64,000 bases of DNA from a virus (IMGVR_UViG_3300037067_006298:12667-76666); one strand, 5' to 3'; numbered from the stretch's first letter, positions 40,350 through 49,217 are shown. The notes: a model not told the origin generated them from the letters alone. Program-made: numbers and translations.

Positions 40350-41316
40350 AACGGAAGTATTTTGCTGCGTGTGGTTTGTAGTCGTTACTATTTATTGTGA
40401 ATATACTTTTATCATCTGTAAAGTTAAATCCAAGTTTCGGATAAAAGTCTGCCACCTGTCCATTTTTTGATGTCGGGACATAAATACCTAAAACTAATGT
40501 ATCTGATTTTCGTTTCTTGTAGTCTTTCATTATCTTGTCTATAAAGGCATATTCAATGCCTCTGCCAAGTATCCGACAACTTAACAAGAATATATCTATA
40601 ACTCCATGATATATTGCACATACTCCTGTCAATCCATTATCTCCAAACTTATCCTTTACCGACAAGGTATATACATATCCAGACGCCATGAATCTCTTTA
40701 TATTATCCTCATTACAACGATGGGATGTCAAGTTGAATTGATTTGTCTTTTGAGTAAGTTCCACAATACGTGGGATGTGTTTCGATTCATTGACCTCTAT
40801 TTTGAGCACCATGTCAAGAGATGCAAGGTATTCATTGATGTCCGTGAATTGTTCCTTTGCTTTCGCTCTCTGGTAGTTCTCCTTGTACTGTTGGGTCTTT
40901 GTGAAATTTCCTTTGAGGTCAAAATTATCCAAAACAACTCTCGTTAACTCTTGGGGAGTGATTGTCATTACTTCCGGCAACTGTTTCTTTACAAGTTCCC
41001 TTTCAAATTCAGAATCATCTACAAATACTATCGCATCCAACCCGACATTAAGTTCTTCTGCAATCTCTTTCAGATTCGATGCCTTGTCGTTCCAATTAAT
41101 GCGTTTTACAGAGATATATTTCTCGGTCAATAACTGATCTTTCATTGCCTCTATCACGTCTGTTTCATTGTTCTTGCTACACAATCCAATGATTACACCA
41201 TGATTTGCAAAGAATATAATATCTTGCTGCAGGTCGGTGTCGTGTTTTATTTCTTCTTCTCCAACAATCCCTTTCCATAGGGTGTTATCGCAATCAAAGA
41301 TTATTGCTTTTTTCAT
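40342..41316 (-). CDS. fkbH: FkbH-like glyceryl-ACP synthase (HAD-IIIC + GNAT)
   Basis: IIFDCDNTLWKG, LCSKN, VFVDDSEFER, KTNQFNLT, DKFGDNG, FLLSCRILGRGIE. Confidence 0.9.
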   Translation of the reverse strand: MKKAIIFDCDNTLWKGIVGEEEIKHDTDLQQDIIFFANHGVIIGLCSKNNETDVIEAMKDQLLTEKYISVKRINWNDKASNLKEIAEELNVGLDAIVFVDDSEFERELVKKQLPEVMTITPQELTRVVLDNFDLKGNFTKTQQYKENYQRAKAKEQFTDINEYLASLDMVLKIEVNESKHIPRIVELTQKTNQFNLTSHRCNEDNIKRFMASGYVYTLSVKDKFGDNGLTGVCAIYHGVIDIFLLSCRILGRGIEYAFIDKIMKDYKKRKSDTLVLGIYVPTSKNGQVADFYPKLGFNFTDDKSIFTINSNDYKPHAAKYFRYE

Positions 41317-41705
41317 TCCTTACATTTTACTAATGAAGTACTACTTAATACCATTACTCCGTGTTGATTATGTATGTTTATTCCAAGTTTTATCTGATTA
41401 AACTTTGGCATTTTATCCATTACTTGAGCCTCTATGGTTAACTCATCGTTCACATAGACAGGACTCAAAAAAGACATATTCTGTCTTACCCAAATTGCTC
41501 CATCTCCCGGCAAATGCATTCCTATCATTGTAGAAATAAAAGATGCCACTAACATACCGTGAACAATAGCATTTTCTCCAAAGTGTATAGAATTAGTATC
41601 GCCTGTAATTGCTACAAATGTATAGACGTCAGAGGCGTATATAGCAACTTTTTTGGACATTTTTTGTCCAATTTTAATTTCTTCGTACTTCATAGCATCC
41701 TCCAT
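41313..41705 (-). CDS. MaoC-like (R)-specific enoyl hydratase/dehydratase
   Basis: FVAITGDTNSIH, IVHGML, LPGDG hotdog-fold motifs. Confidence 0.85.
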   Translation of the reverse strand: MEDAMKYEEIKIGQKMSKKVAIYASDVYTFVAITGDTNSIHFGENAIVHGMLVASFISTMIGMHLPGDGAIWVRQNMSFLSPVYVNDELTIEAQVMDKMPKFNQIKLGINIHNQHGVMVLSSTSLVKCKE

Positions 41706-42646
41706 AGATTTGCTCCAAAATTGAATCCTGCTCCAACACCTACAAGCATAAGTAAATCGCCTGACTTTATGAGTTTTTTATTTACAGCCTCATCAAGTGC
41801 TATTCCAATACTTGCTGCACCGGTGTTTCCTATCTCGTCAACATTGATGTATGACTTCTCTCGAGGTATTCTCATCTTGTCAAGGATATACTCATTAAGC
41901 ACCTTGTTTGCCTGATGAAAGATAAAAAAATCAATCTCACCAATGCTAAGATTTTCCTCTTTGAGAAGTTCTTTTATTGAATATGGCATATTGGTTACTG
42001 CCATCGTCCAAGTCTTGTGTCCTTCGTGTTCAATTAGTCCTCCTTTTTTTAATCGGGTGTCCTCGTAATAGGTTGAATCGGTACAAAAGAATGAATTGAT
42101 ATGCCCAATGCCGTACGGTGTCCTTCCAAGCAATATCCCTGATGCTCCATCACTGAAAAATGGTGCCGAATATTTATCTGTCTTGTCAGTTAGTCTCGAT
42201 AGTATCTCTACTCCGATGACAATGGCATATTTTATCTTCTGGTTTCTTCGCATGGTATCTACTGCAATATCGGATGCAGTAATGAGTCCGGTGCATACTC
42301 CGTTTACATCTATTACTTCACAATGTTTTGGACCTCCTATTGCCTGATGTATCTTTGCAGACATTGGAGGAAACACATAATCCTGACTGAAAGAGGCAAT
42401 CATAATGAGTCCTATTTCTTTCGGGTCTATGTGTGGAAATCCGTCTTTGAGTAATAACTTCTTTGCCACGATAGTTGCCATAGAAGATGCCGTCTCTCCC
42501 TCTGATACATAATACCTGCGTTTTATGCCAAGTTTTGACATTATCCATTCCTCTGTCATTCCGGGAACATTCTGACATACTTCCTTATTGGTGTTGATGT
42601 TGTTGGGCAAATAACTTGCCGTTTTGATTATTCCTATTCCGTTCAT
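41690..42646 (-). CDS. fabH: 3-oxoacyl-ACP synthase III
   Basis: DVNGVCTG (Cys), FHQAN (His), GNTGAASI (Asn): full catalytic triad. Confidence 0.9.
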   Translation of the reverse strand: MNGIGIIKTASYLPNNINTNKEVCQNVPGMTEEWIMSKLGIKRRYYVSEGETASSMATIVAKKLLLKDGFPHIDPKEIGLIMIASFSQDYVFPPMSAKIHQAIGGPKHCEVIDVNGVCTGLITASDIAVDTMRRNQKIKYAIVIGVEILSRLTDKTDKYSAPFFSDGASGILLGRTPYGIGHINSFFCTDSTYYEDTRLKKGGLIEHEGHKTWTMAVTNMPYSIKELLKEENLSIGEIDFFIFHQANKVLNEYILDKMRIPREKSYINVDEIGNTGAASIGIALDEAVNKKLIKSGDLLMLVGVGAGFNFGANLWRML

Positions 42647-42650
42647 ATTA

Positions 42651-43160
42651 TTATTTTAAAAGTTCAATATTCTCATAAATATTACCAATAACAAACGGAG
42701 AATAAAATTTTTGAATATCCGAATCAAAACATCTCGATAAAAGTCCCCATCTATTAAATTTATTTTTACAATAAAATGCCCCGTCCTCAAAATAAACAGT
42801 CATCGGGCCATTTTCCTTAGACATTGCGATTAAAATATCCCCTTCGTATATTTCTTTGCCATTCTTGTCTTTCAACCCTGTAAATTCAACTACTTCGTAT
42901 TCGTCTGAATAATTAAGAGACCTTGTTGCTAAATCATCAATTGGAAGTAATCCAATTATTTGACCGTCAATAGTAAAAAATACACATTTGCCTTGAATGC
43001 GATTACATTCTTTACCGTCTTCGGAAAATTCAAATTTGTTATCAAAAAACTGGTTAGGTTTTCCATTAGTGTAAACTCCTTTCTGCCAATCATACGGATA
43101 TACTTTTAAGAAAGCTCCAGTTTCTTTATGCCATAATTTAAACCTATGTTCTCGTTTCAT
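42651..43160 (-). CDS. YopX-family phage protein
   Basis: EFTGLKDKNGKEIYEGDIL...VIGNIYENIELL. Confidence 0.85.
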   Translation of the reverse strand: MKREHRFKLWHKETGAFLKVYPYDWQKGVYTNGKPNQFFDNKFEFSEDGKECNRIQGKCVFFTIDGQIIGLLPIDDLATRSLNYSDEYEVVEFTGLKDKNGKEIYEGDILIAMSKENGPMTVYFEDGAFYCKNKFNRWGLLSRCFDSDIQKFYSPFVIGNIYENIELLK

Positions 43161-43861
43161 TTATGAAGTCCTCCAAGATAAATTGTTTGCGAAGTAATAT
43201 AACCTGATTTTTCTGAGCAAAAGAAGTCAATGACATTAGTTATGTCGTCAATGGTTGCTTTGCGTGGTATTGGGAATGTCTTAACTAACGCATCCACCGT
43301 CTCCGGCTTGTGTTGTGCAAGCATATCCGTATCAATAGCCGATATTGCAAGGGTGTTACAAGTTATGTTCTGACGTGCATACTCTTTTGCAAGGATATTT
43401 GTCATAGTTTTCAGTCCGGCTTTGCAAGCTGCATACACACTGTCTCCCATTGCCTCGCACACATCCGCAATTGAACCGATGTTTATTATTCTGCCATAAG
43501 GGATGTCGTACATGAGTTTTGATGCCTCCCTGCACACCAAAAACGGTGCGAGTAAATCCACCATTATCATTTGATATGCATCAAATCCAGGCATTTTCTG
43601 TGAGAATCTGGAAGACATAATGGCTGCATTGTTGATACAAATATCAATTTCTGAGGTAAGTGCTTTTATCTCAGAAAATACTTTTTCTATTTCTATTGGC
43701 ATTGATAAATTAACTGCATAATGACGATAATTTATGTCATCCTGAACTTCACTTCCACTTATGCCTATTACTTTTGCATTATGGGCAAGGAAATGTTCTG
43801 CAATACTTCTTCCAACACCTCTACTTGTTCCTGTTATTAAAACTGTTTTTTCGTTGTACAT
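43157..43861 (-). CDS. fabG: SDR oxidoreductase, 3-oxoacyl-ACP reductase-like
   Basis: TGTSRGVG, INNAA, YAACK. Confidence 0.85.
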   Translation of the reverse strand: MYNEKTVLITGTSRGVGRSIAEHFLAHNAKVIGISGSEVQDDINYRHYAVNLSMPIEIEKVFSEIKALTSEIDICINNAAIMSSRFSQKMPGFDAYQMIMVDLLAPFLVCREASKLMYDIPYGRIINIGSIADVCEAMGDSVYAACKAGLKTMTNILAKEYARQNITCNTLAISAIDTDMLAQHKPETVDALVKTFPIPRKATIDDITNVIDFFCSEKSGYITSQTIYLGGLHK

Positions 43862-43863
43862 AA

Positions 43864-44073
43864 TTATTGATTTAGAATATTTGGGAACACTGAAATTAAT
43901 TCACCTATTCTCGGATGGTTTTCAGGATACATCCATCCTTTCGGTAGTGGATTTTTTGCCCTGAACTCCCATTTGTTTTTTTCTTTTACAAGTTCTGTAA
44001 TAACTGATAAAAAAACTTCTTCCCTTTTTGTCTTTGCTTTCATGTCATTTGTATTTAATGGGAAATATTGCAT
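43864..44073 (-). CDS. Hypothetical protein
   Basis: Small ORF filling the gap in the operon; likely start MKAKTKRE. Confidence 0.45.
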   Translation of the reverse strand: MQYFPLNTNDMKAKTKREEVFLSVITELVKEKNKWEFRAKNPLPKGWMYPENHPRIGELISVFPNILNQ

Positions 44074-44665
44074 CTCCCGGCTCCACGTGAGGTGCTGAAT
44101 AAAAATTTGGTTTGCCCATATATATCCATTGTTCTGCTAAAAAACGATTAGTATGATTGAGTTCACTTATTGGAGGACATCTATTGATATACTCCCTTCG
44201 GAACCACCAGAAATTACCAGAGAAATGATTTGGGGACTTCAGATAACCAATGGAGGACACATCATAACCATTCTCTACCCTATCTCTATGTTCCTGATAG
44301 CGATTTATCAGTTGCTCATTCATCATTGATCTCCAATGATTTATAGGTACTTCAAATGGTCTGGTTACTGCTTTGGTGTGGAAATATAATCCTACATACT
44401 GTGAGTCATCTGCCTCGATTAGCCTGAGTGTAGGAAACTCGTAGTCCTCTGGTCTGTTTGAGTAATATTTGATTTTTAACTTCGGGTACACGTTAACAAA
44501 ATACTTTTCAAGAAAGGCTTTCTGGTCTGGCGCACCAATGCACCCAATGTTTATTTCCTCACATTCGTCATAAAGTCCTGACGTAAGTAATATGCGCATT
44601 TGATCTGTAATTACCGTGTACCAATGCGATACCATCCAAATATGCCAAAACACTTTTGCTGTCAT
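44045..44665 (-). CDS. Putative glycosyltransferase-like protein (viral family)
   Basis: LYFHTKAVT...HWRSMM...HFSGNFWW...AEQWI pattern, recalled from viral glycan clusters. Confidence 0.5.
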   Translation of the reverse strand: MTAKVFWHIWMVSHWYTVITDQMRILLTSGLYDECEEINIGCIGAPDQKAFLEKYFVNVYPKLKIKYYSNRPEDYEFPTLRLIEADDSQYVGLYFHTKAVTRPFEVPINHWRSMMNEQLINRYQEHRDRVENGYDVSSIGYLKSPNHFSGNFWWFRREYINRCPPISELNHTNRFLAEQWIYMGKPNFYSAPHVEPGDAIFPIKYK

Positions 44666-45354
44666 TTGTTTTCTTCTTTAAATGCTGGTTCTCCGTTCTG
44701 TGCCCTCTTTGCAAAGTCCTCCGGTCTGAGTGCAATTCTTTCGTCCTCCAAGCAACGAAGCATTTCGTCTTTCAGATAGGGATTTGAGTCTTGGTTGAGC
44801 ATTTCCAAAAGATTCTCTTCCAAATTATCCCTTAGTTCTGCAAGTTTAGAAATGCTTTTTGTTTCTCCTGACTGTATTTCGAGCATGAGATTGCAATAGG
44901 CAGTCTCAATACTGATTTGATATGCGTACTTGTACGACCTATGGAGCATAACATATTGGCAAATCTTCTGATTAACCACCTTATTTTTCCCCTTTAGAAA
45001 ATCTTCAACTACCGGTTCAAACACTCCTCCTCCTTCTACTTTGAAATCACAATCGTGTGCTACTTCAATTTTCCTCTTTAGTACATCAGAATATTTTCTG
45101 CGATATGGAGAATGAGCATCATACATACATAACACGTATTGCATCACCTTGGTATTGTCAAGACTTTCTCCCGGATTTGCTCTGAACTCTTTTATTTTTC
45201 CAAGGTCCTTGTAGAATTTAAGAATATCCGTACCGTCTGGTACTTTTGTCGGATCGAATCTCATTTGAGAATACTCCTTCGGATGGAACTGCCCTTTCAT
45301 AATATCCAATTTATATACGGTTTGCCTTCGTAATTTCTGTCCCATACAAACCAT
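44662..45354 (-). CDS. Possible terminase small subunit
   Basis: Helical protein with a YVLCMYDAHSPY motif at the head of the packaging operon; assignment mostly positional. Confidence 0.35.
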   Translation of the reverse strand: MVCMGQKLRRQTVYKLDIMKGQFHPKEYSQMRFDPTKVPDGTDILKFYKDLGKIKEFRANPGESLDNTKVMQYVLCMYDAHSPYRRKYSDVLKRKIEVAHDCDFKVEGGGVFEPVVEDFLKGKNKVVNQKICQYVMLHRSYKYAYQISIETAYCNLMLEIQSGETKSISKLAELRDNLEENLLEMLNQDSNPYLKDEMLRCLEDERIALRPEDFAKRAQNGEPAFKEENK

Positions 45355-45884
45355 GCAAACGGAATCATACCTCCGTTCTTGTGAGTGCCTGCATGTATCC
45401 CAAAATTTACACGCTTACTGAATTGATAAACGCATTTCAGGGGAAATTTCTTATCCTGAAACATCTCATATCTCTTTGCTCCTTCAAGGAAGGCGGTTTT
45501 CAGAAACATTGCTATTTTAATCTGAGAATATTGTTTTGCTTGAAAAACAAATTCCAATGCAAGGTCGAATGGAGGATTTGTTATTATGTTATCCACGGCA
45601 GGGAATGGTGCCGAAAATACTGAGTTATCATTTAAGAAATCTATATCCGGAACACCGTATCCATAGTTGTTAAGGTCCGAACTTTTGACATCATATCCTT
45701 GTTCAATAAGAACTTTTGATATATCTCCCATGCCACAGGCAGGTTCCCATACACTCCCCTCAAATTTTTCATGTAGCAATAATGCTTTTGTTGCACTTGG
45801 AGGTGTCGGATAAAAATCTGCCTTGGATCTTCCAAGCCGACTATTATCGCCTGCTATCTTTCTAGCTGTATCTACTGAACTCAT
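45297..45884 (-). CDS. Amino (N6A-type) DNA methyltransferase
   Basis: DFYPTP, WEPACGMG (motif I), IITNPPF (motif IV). Confidence 0.8.
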   Translation of the reverse strand: MSSVDTARKIAGDNSRLGRSKADFYPTPPSATKALLLHEKFEGSVWEPACGMGDISKVLIEQGYDVKSSDLNNYGYGVPDIDFLNDNSVFSAPFPAVDNIITNPPFDLALEFVFQAKQYSQIKIAMFLKTAFLEGAKRYEMFQDKKFPLKCVYQFSKRVNFGIHAGTHKNGGMIPFAWFVWDRNYEGKPYINWIL

Positions 45885-46582
45885 ATTTTGGCAAGTAAAT
45901 TGCGTCTCTGAACTCTGAATAACTTCACCCCGTTGTTGATCTTCTGATGCATATCGTATTGCAAAGGAATATCATGGGTCTTTCTGATGACCACTACATC
46001 ACCCACCGCTACATCAACACCCCTGTCGCTCTGAAATTCATCAACATAAGCTCTATTGGGTGTTCCAAGGTATTTTATCTTGCCGTACGTCACCTGATTG
46101 CTGATCTTCCGTCCCAGAACTACTAACTCCATTCCAAGTGCCTTCATTCGTTCTCTCTCACGTGTTATTGCGGGATCTTCAACCGGCTCAATCAGGCAAA
46201 ATCCATTTACAGGTATCACTTGCTCTCCACGTACTATTGCATACACGTTGTCATAACTCACGAAGATATACTTGTCCTCACCTTCCAGAATATACCTTTT
46301 GTTCCGTGGATTAAGTGCGTTGATAACGGATAAATAATACAAGATTACTTTGTCGTGCATCCTAAGTTCCATGTCGCATAACCACGGCATGTCAAGGTTT
46401 GGCTTACCAGAATATTTCAAGTGCGAAGGCAATCCCCATATCTCCCCTGTTACAACTGCGTTCTTCTCTGCTTCAAAAGTATTATCCAAATAAAGTTCAC
46501 AACCGTTCTTCAATTTTATTGAGGTATTGTCGGGATCAAGTTTGATAAAGACAAAATTATTTAAACAGACTTTTGGTTTCAT
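45881..46582 (-). CDS. GroES-like co-chaperonin with two repeats
   Basis: NNFVFIK...VVTGEI and PVNGFCLIEP...GKIKYLG...GDVVVI GroES-like repeats. Confidence 0.6.
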   Translation of the reverse strand: MKPKVCLNNFVFIKLDPDNTSIKLKNGCELYLDNTFEAEKNAVVTGEIWGLPSHLKYSGKPNLDMPWLCDMELRMHDKVILYYLSVINALNPRNKRYILEGEDKYIFVSYDNVYAIVRGEQVIPVNGFCLIEPVEDPAITRERERMKALGMELVVLGRKISNQVTYGKIKYLGTPNRAYVDEFQSDRGVDVAVGDVVVIRKTHDIPLQYDMHQKINNGVKLFRVQRRNLLAKI

Positions 46583-46941
46583 TGCTTGACCTCCTTCTTT
46601 TTATCTGCCATTTCCTGATAGTTTTTATTTTTAAGGCAGATAAGTTTTCCATTAATCTCCTCAAACCGAATATATCCTTTCTTTTCCAATACACGGTATC
46701 TTTCTGCCGTTGCTCTCTTGTCGGCACGACTACTAAATTTCCATGCAGGATATTCAATGGTCTTTTCTACATTGATGCGTTGTCCATGATAATGGATTAC
46801 CATGTAATTATCAAAAACCTGTTCTCCTTTTGTTCTTATGGGTTCTGCTTTCGGTGGTTTGGAAACTGGTTTCGTCCACAACCACAACTTAATCCATGCA
46901 AGGATATTCCGAATTGCCGTTAAAACTTTTTCTTTTGTCAT
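46579..46941 (-). CDS. Hypothetical protein
   Basis: First ORF of the long coupled operon. Confidence 0.55.
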   Translation of the reverse strand: MTKEKVLTAIRNILAWIKLWLWTKPVSKPPKAEPIRTKGEQVFDNYMVIHYHGQRINVEKTIEYPAWKFSSRADKRATAERYRVLEKKGYIRFEEINGKLICLKNKNYQEMADKKKEVKQ

Positions 46942-46968
46942 AGTCTGTCAAAATTAATTCTTAAAATT

Positions 46969-47065
46969 CAAAATAGCAAGCCCCAGGTAACACGTGCCCG
47001 GGGCGAACTAACTATGAAAAACAAGAAAACAGTTACCTGATCGGCGGTCAGGCGATTCAAAGGTA
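46969..47065 (-). promoter_or_regulatory. -7 promoter element plus structured leader of the late operon
   Basis: TACCTTTG at 47065-47058; hairpins CCTGA/TCAGG and GCCCCGG/CTGGGGC; alternative CAGGTAAC/GTTACCTG pairing. Confidence 0.55.
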
Positions 47066-47095
47066 ATCTATTTTTGTTTCTTATTTTCACAATAT

Positions 47096-47542
47096 TCAAT
47101 TTGATGAGTTTCTGTATCTGAATTTAGTAAAGTGAATAACTGCCATTGGTTCTTTGGGATAATTTTTAAACCAATCAATAAAATCTTCAATTGATAAACC
47201 ATCATTCTCTGCAATTTCTTTTGTTTTCACATCAGAATCAATATCATCAATGAACCAACCAAGCGGAGTTAATTCAATTTTTTGAATACCAACTTCATCT
47301 TTTAAGCAGGCAAATATTTCTCGTTGCTTACTTCTGTATGGCTTGTCTTCCCATTCTCTTAGGGATAATTTTGCAATTCCTTTATTCACTTCATCAATCC
47401 GTTTTTCCCATAGAGCATAATTTGCTCGAATAGTATGTTTCTTTTCATCCGTACAAAGATGTTCAATAAACTTAGTTTCTCTTCCTTTTTTGGGGTGAGT
47501 TGCCGGGAATACTTTAGAAACAATTATCACGTATGTTTTCAT
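47096..47542 (-). CDS. Conserved Bacteroidota-phage protein (possibly ASCH-like)
   Basis: SKVFPATHP...KKHTIR...LSLREW...KPYRSKQ...AENDGLSIEDFIDWF. Confidence 0.55.
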   Translation of the reverse strand: MKTYVIIVSKVFPATHPKKGRETKFIEHLCTDEKKHTIRANYALWEKRIDEVNKGIAKLSLREWEDKPYRSKQREIFACLKDEVGIQKIELTPLGWFIDDIDSDVKTKEIAENDGLSIEDFIDWFKNYPKEPMAVIHFTKFRYRNSSN

Positions 47543-47564
47543 GTTTTAAAAGTTAGGTTGGTTA

Positions 47565-47888
47565 TTATCCAAATACACTATCTTCGTTGTTTTGTTTTAA
47601 TGCCAATTTATTTTTATCCATAAAATCTCTCACGTCCCATATTGCAATAGGTTGAATCTGCAACGATCTTGCCCAGTGTCTTGCCACCTCTTCTGTTACT
47701 GGATTTATTGCATATACCGCACCGTGTCCAAGCAGTCTTGTAAATGGAGGGTTTTTGTCGGTTTCAGGAACATCTACCCTTAGCATGTTTGTTCCTGCAA
47801 TATTTTGTTCACTACATCTTCCGGCAATTTGACTGTGCCCAAATAATTCTACTATTGCCCATGATTCAAATTTTTCTGGTGTTTCCAT
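47565..47888 (-). CDS. Conserved phage hypothetical protein
   Basis: WAIVELFGHSQIAG...MLRVDVPE...AVYAINPVTEE. Confidence 0.6.
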   Translation of the reverse strand: METPEKFESWAIVELFGHSQIAGRCSEQNIAGTNMLRVDVPETDKNPPFTRLLGHGAVYAINPVTEEVARHWARSLQIQPIAIWDVRDFMDKNKLALKQNNEDSVFG

Positions 47889-47903
47889 TTTATAAATTTT
47901 AGG

Positions 47904-48314
47904 TTAGTTATTATCTTCCTCTGAATATTTGTCAAGAAAACTTAAATCTTCTTCGTTCTTGGGAACGTTTGCAAAATCTATATCATGATAACCTTTTGGA
48001 TTTTCTTCCTGAATTGGGATGTCAGATACTCCATCCGGTCTCATGTATGATATAAAATCACTTATTTGAGGTGGGTATTTATTGGTATCTATGATATGAT
48101 TGATCGTTTTTTCAAATTCTAAATCAGAAAACTTGTAAAACAACAATCTTTCGAGAAGTATATCATAAAAACCCTCAGATAGCATTGGATATACTATTTT
48201 TATTCTCGCAACATTAACGATAGTTCTTTCAGGTGTTAATATTGAAGTGTTTAGAGATAACTCTTGTGAGTCCTTCTTGACTAATTCCTGTTTGTTTCCT
48301 TTTTGAGTTTCCAT
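47904..48314 (-). CDS. G39P-like helicase loader/inhibitor
   Basis: IVYPML...HIIDTNKYPPQISDF, directly after the initiator. Confidence 0.55.
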   Translation of the reverse strand: METQKGNKQELVKKDSQELSLNTSILTPERTIVNVARIKIVYPMLSEGFYDILLERLLFYKFSDLEFEKTINHIIDTNKYPPQISDFISYMRPDGVSDIPIQEENPKGYHDIDFANVPKNEEDLSFLDKYSEEDNN

Positions 48315-49071
48315 TTTTGAAATATGTTTTAAGTTCGTTATATTTATTTGCGATTAAAGATAGGCTCATGTTTTCTCTTTTCCACTTATCATCAATATTC
48401 ACACAGGCATTAAAAATAATTCTTAGATCGTTTATTGTTTTTTCTTCATCTGAATCAGGTGAATTTACTTTGTACTCTTTAAGAATCATTCCTGTAAATT
48501 CTCTTTCCCTTTCCCTGTTTAATATTTTATAATCTCCATATTCCTGAACAAAGGTTTCAATTATCTGATCTAAAAAATCTGAATTTTCCCCCATGGATTT
48601 AATTCTTTCTTCTTCTTCATTCTTGTTATTCTTATCATTCTTGTTATTATCAGGGGGGGGATGGTTTTCGATTGGTTGCTCAATGGTTTCTTCTATGGTT
48701 TCTTCTGTGGTTGCTTCGTAGTTTTTTGGGTTCTGATAGTAATCATATTTACAGATAGTTATCATAACACCTCCAAGTTGCTTCACTGTGGTTATTCGTT
48801 TGGTGTCTCGTAAGAATTTCATAGCACTCTTCGTAGCATTTTCGTTGTAAGTCTCTTTTCTCCATCCTACAAACCACTTAGTTCCTTCTCTTATATCCTC
48901 ATAAGATCGAAACAATTGCCCTCTTTTAATTACATGTCCGTTATACTTATTCTCTTTTGAATTTGCCTCCCTAAGTAGGTATGCCCAAATTTCCCTTATA
49001 CACGGAGAAGCAACAGATATGTCACTTTCCTGAATGATGCGGGGTTGTAATATGTATCCTCCCTTAATCAT
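48229..49071 (-). CDS. Phage replication initiator (lambda O/replisome organiser-like)
   Basis: GGYILQPR...IWAYLLREAN...IKRGQL...MITICKYDYYQ wHTH block followed by a repeat-rich linker; likely start 49071. Confidence 0.75.
   Translation of the reverse strand: MIKGGYILQPRIIQESDISVASPCIREIWAYLLREANSKENKYNGHVIKRGQLFRSYEDIREGTKWFVGWRKETYNENATKSAMKFLRDTKRITTVKQLGGVMITICKYDYYQNPKNYEATTEETIEETIEQPIENHPPPDNNKNDKNNKNEEEERIKSMGENSDFLDQIIETFVQEYGDYKILNREREREFTGMILKEYKVNSPDSDEEKTINDLRIIFNACVNIDDKWKRENMSLSLIANKYNELKTYFKNGNSKRKQTGISQEGLTRVISKHFNINT
48601..48720. repeat. Iteron-like repeats, candidate replication origin inside the initiator gene
   Basis: TGGTT-cored repeats at 48662, 48673, 48684, 48696 and 48708 (11-12 bp period); TCATTCTTGTTATT x2; G8 run at 48653-48660. 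Confidence 0.6.
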
Positions 49072-49196
49072 TGTATGTTTACAAATAAAAGCCCCTTGAC
49101 AAAACAAAAAAACAGGTAGGATCTTGCGAGGGAACCTTTCCTGTTTATCGTCTGCCAAGGGGCAGTATCTACATTAAAATATAAATTCTTATTCAT
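49068..49196 (-). CDS. 42-aa leader ORF coupled to the initiator
   Basis: MNKNLYFNVDTAPW...VNIQ*; its TGA overlaps the initiator ATG; preceded by GCGAGGAA. Confidence 0.5.
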   Translation of the reverse strand: MNKNLYFNVDTAPWQTINRKGSLARSYLFFCFVKGLLFVNIQ

Positions 49197-49217
49197 TTCC
49201 TCGCTTTTAATACAGAA

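Noticed and set aside
36118-44665. Host capsule locus misassembled onto the phage
   Set aside because: Coupled overlaps with terL-side genes and an interleaved yopX argue for genuine integration; read mapping is still needed to exclude it.
47052-47057. Third sRNA-leader match (AATCGC)
   Set aside because: Only 6 nt, and probably at or upstream of the predicted transcription start.
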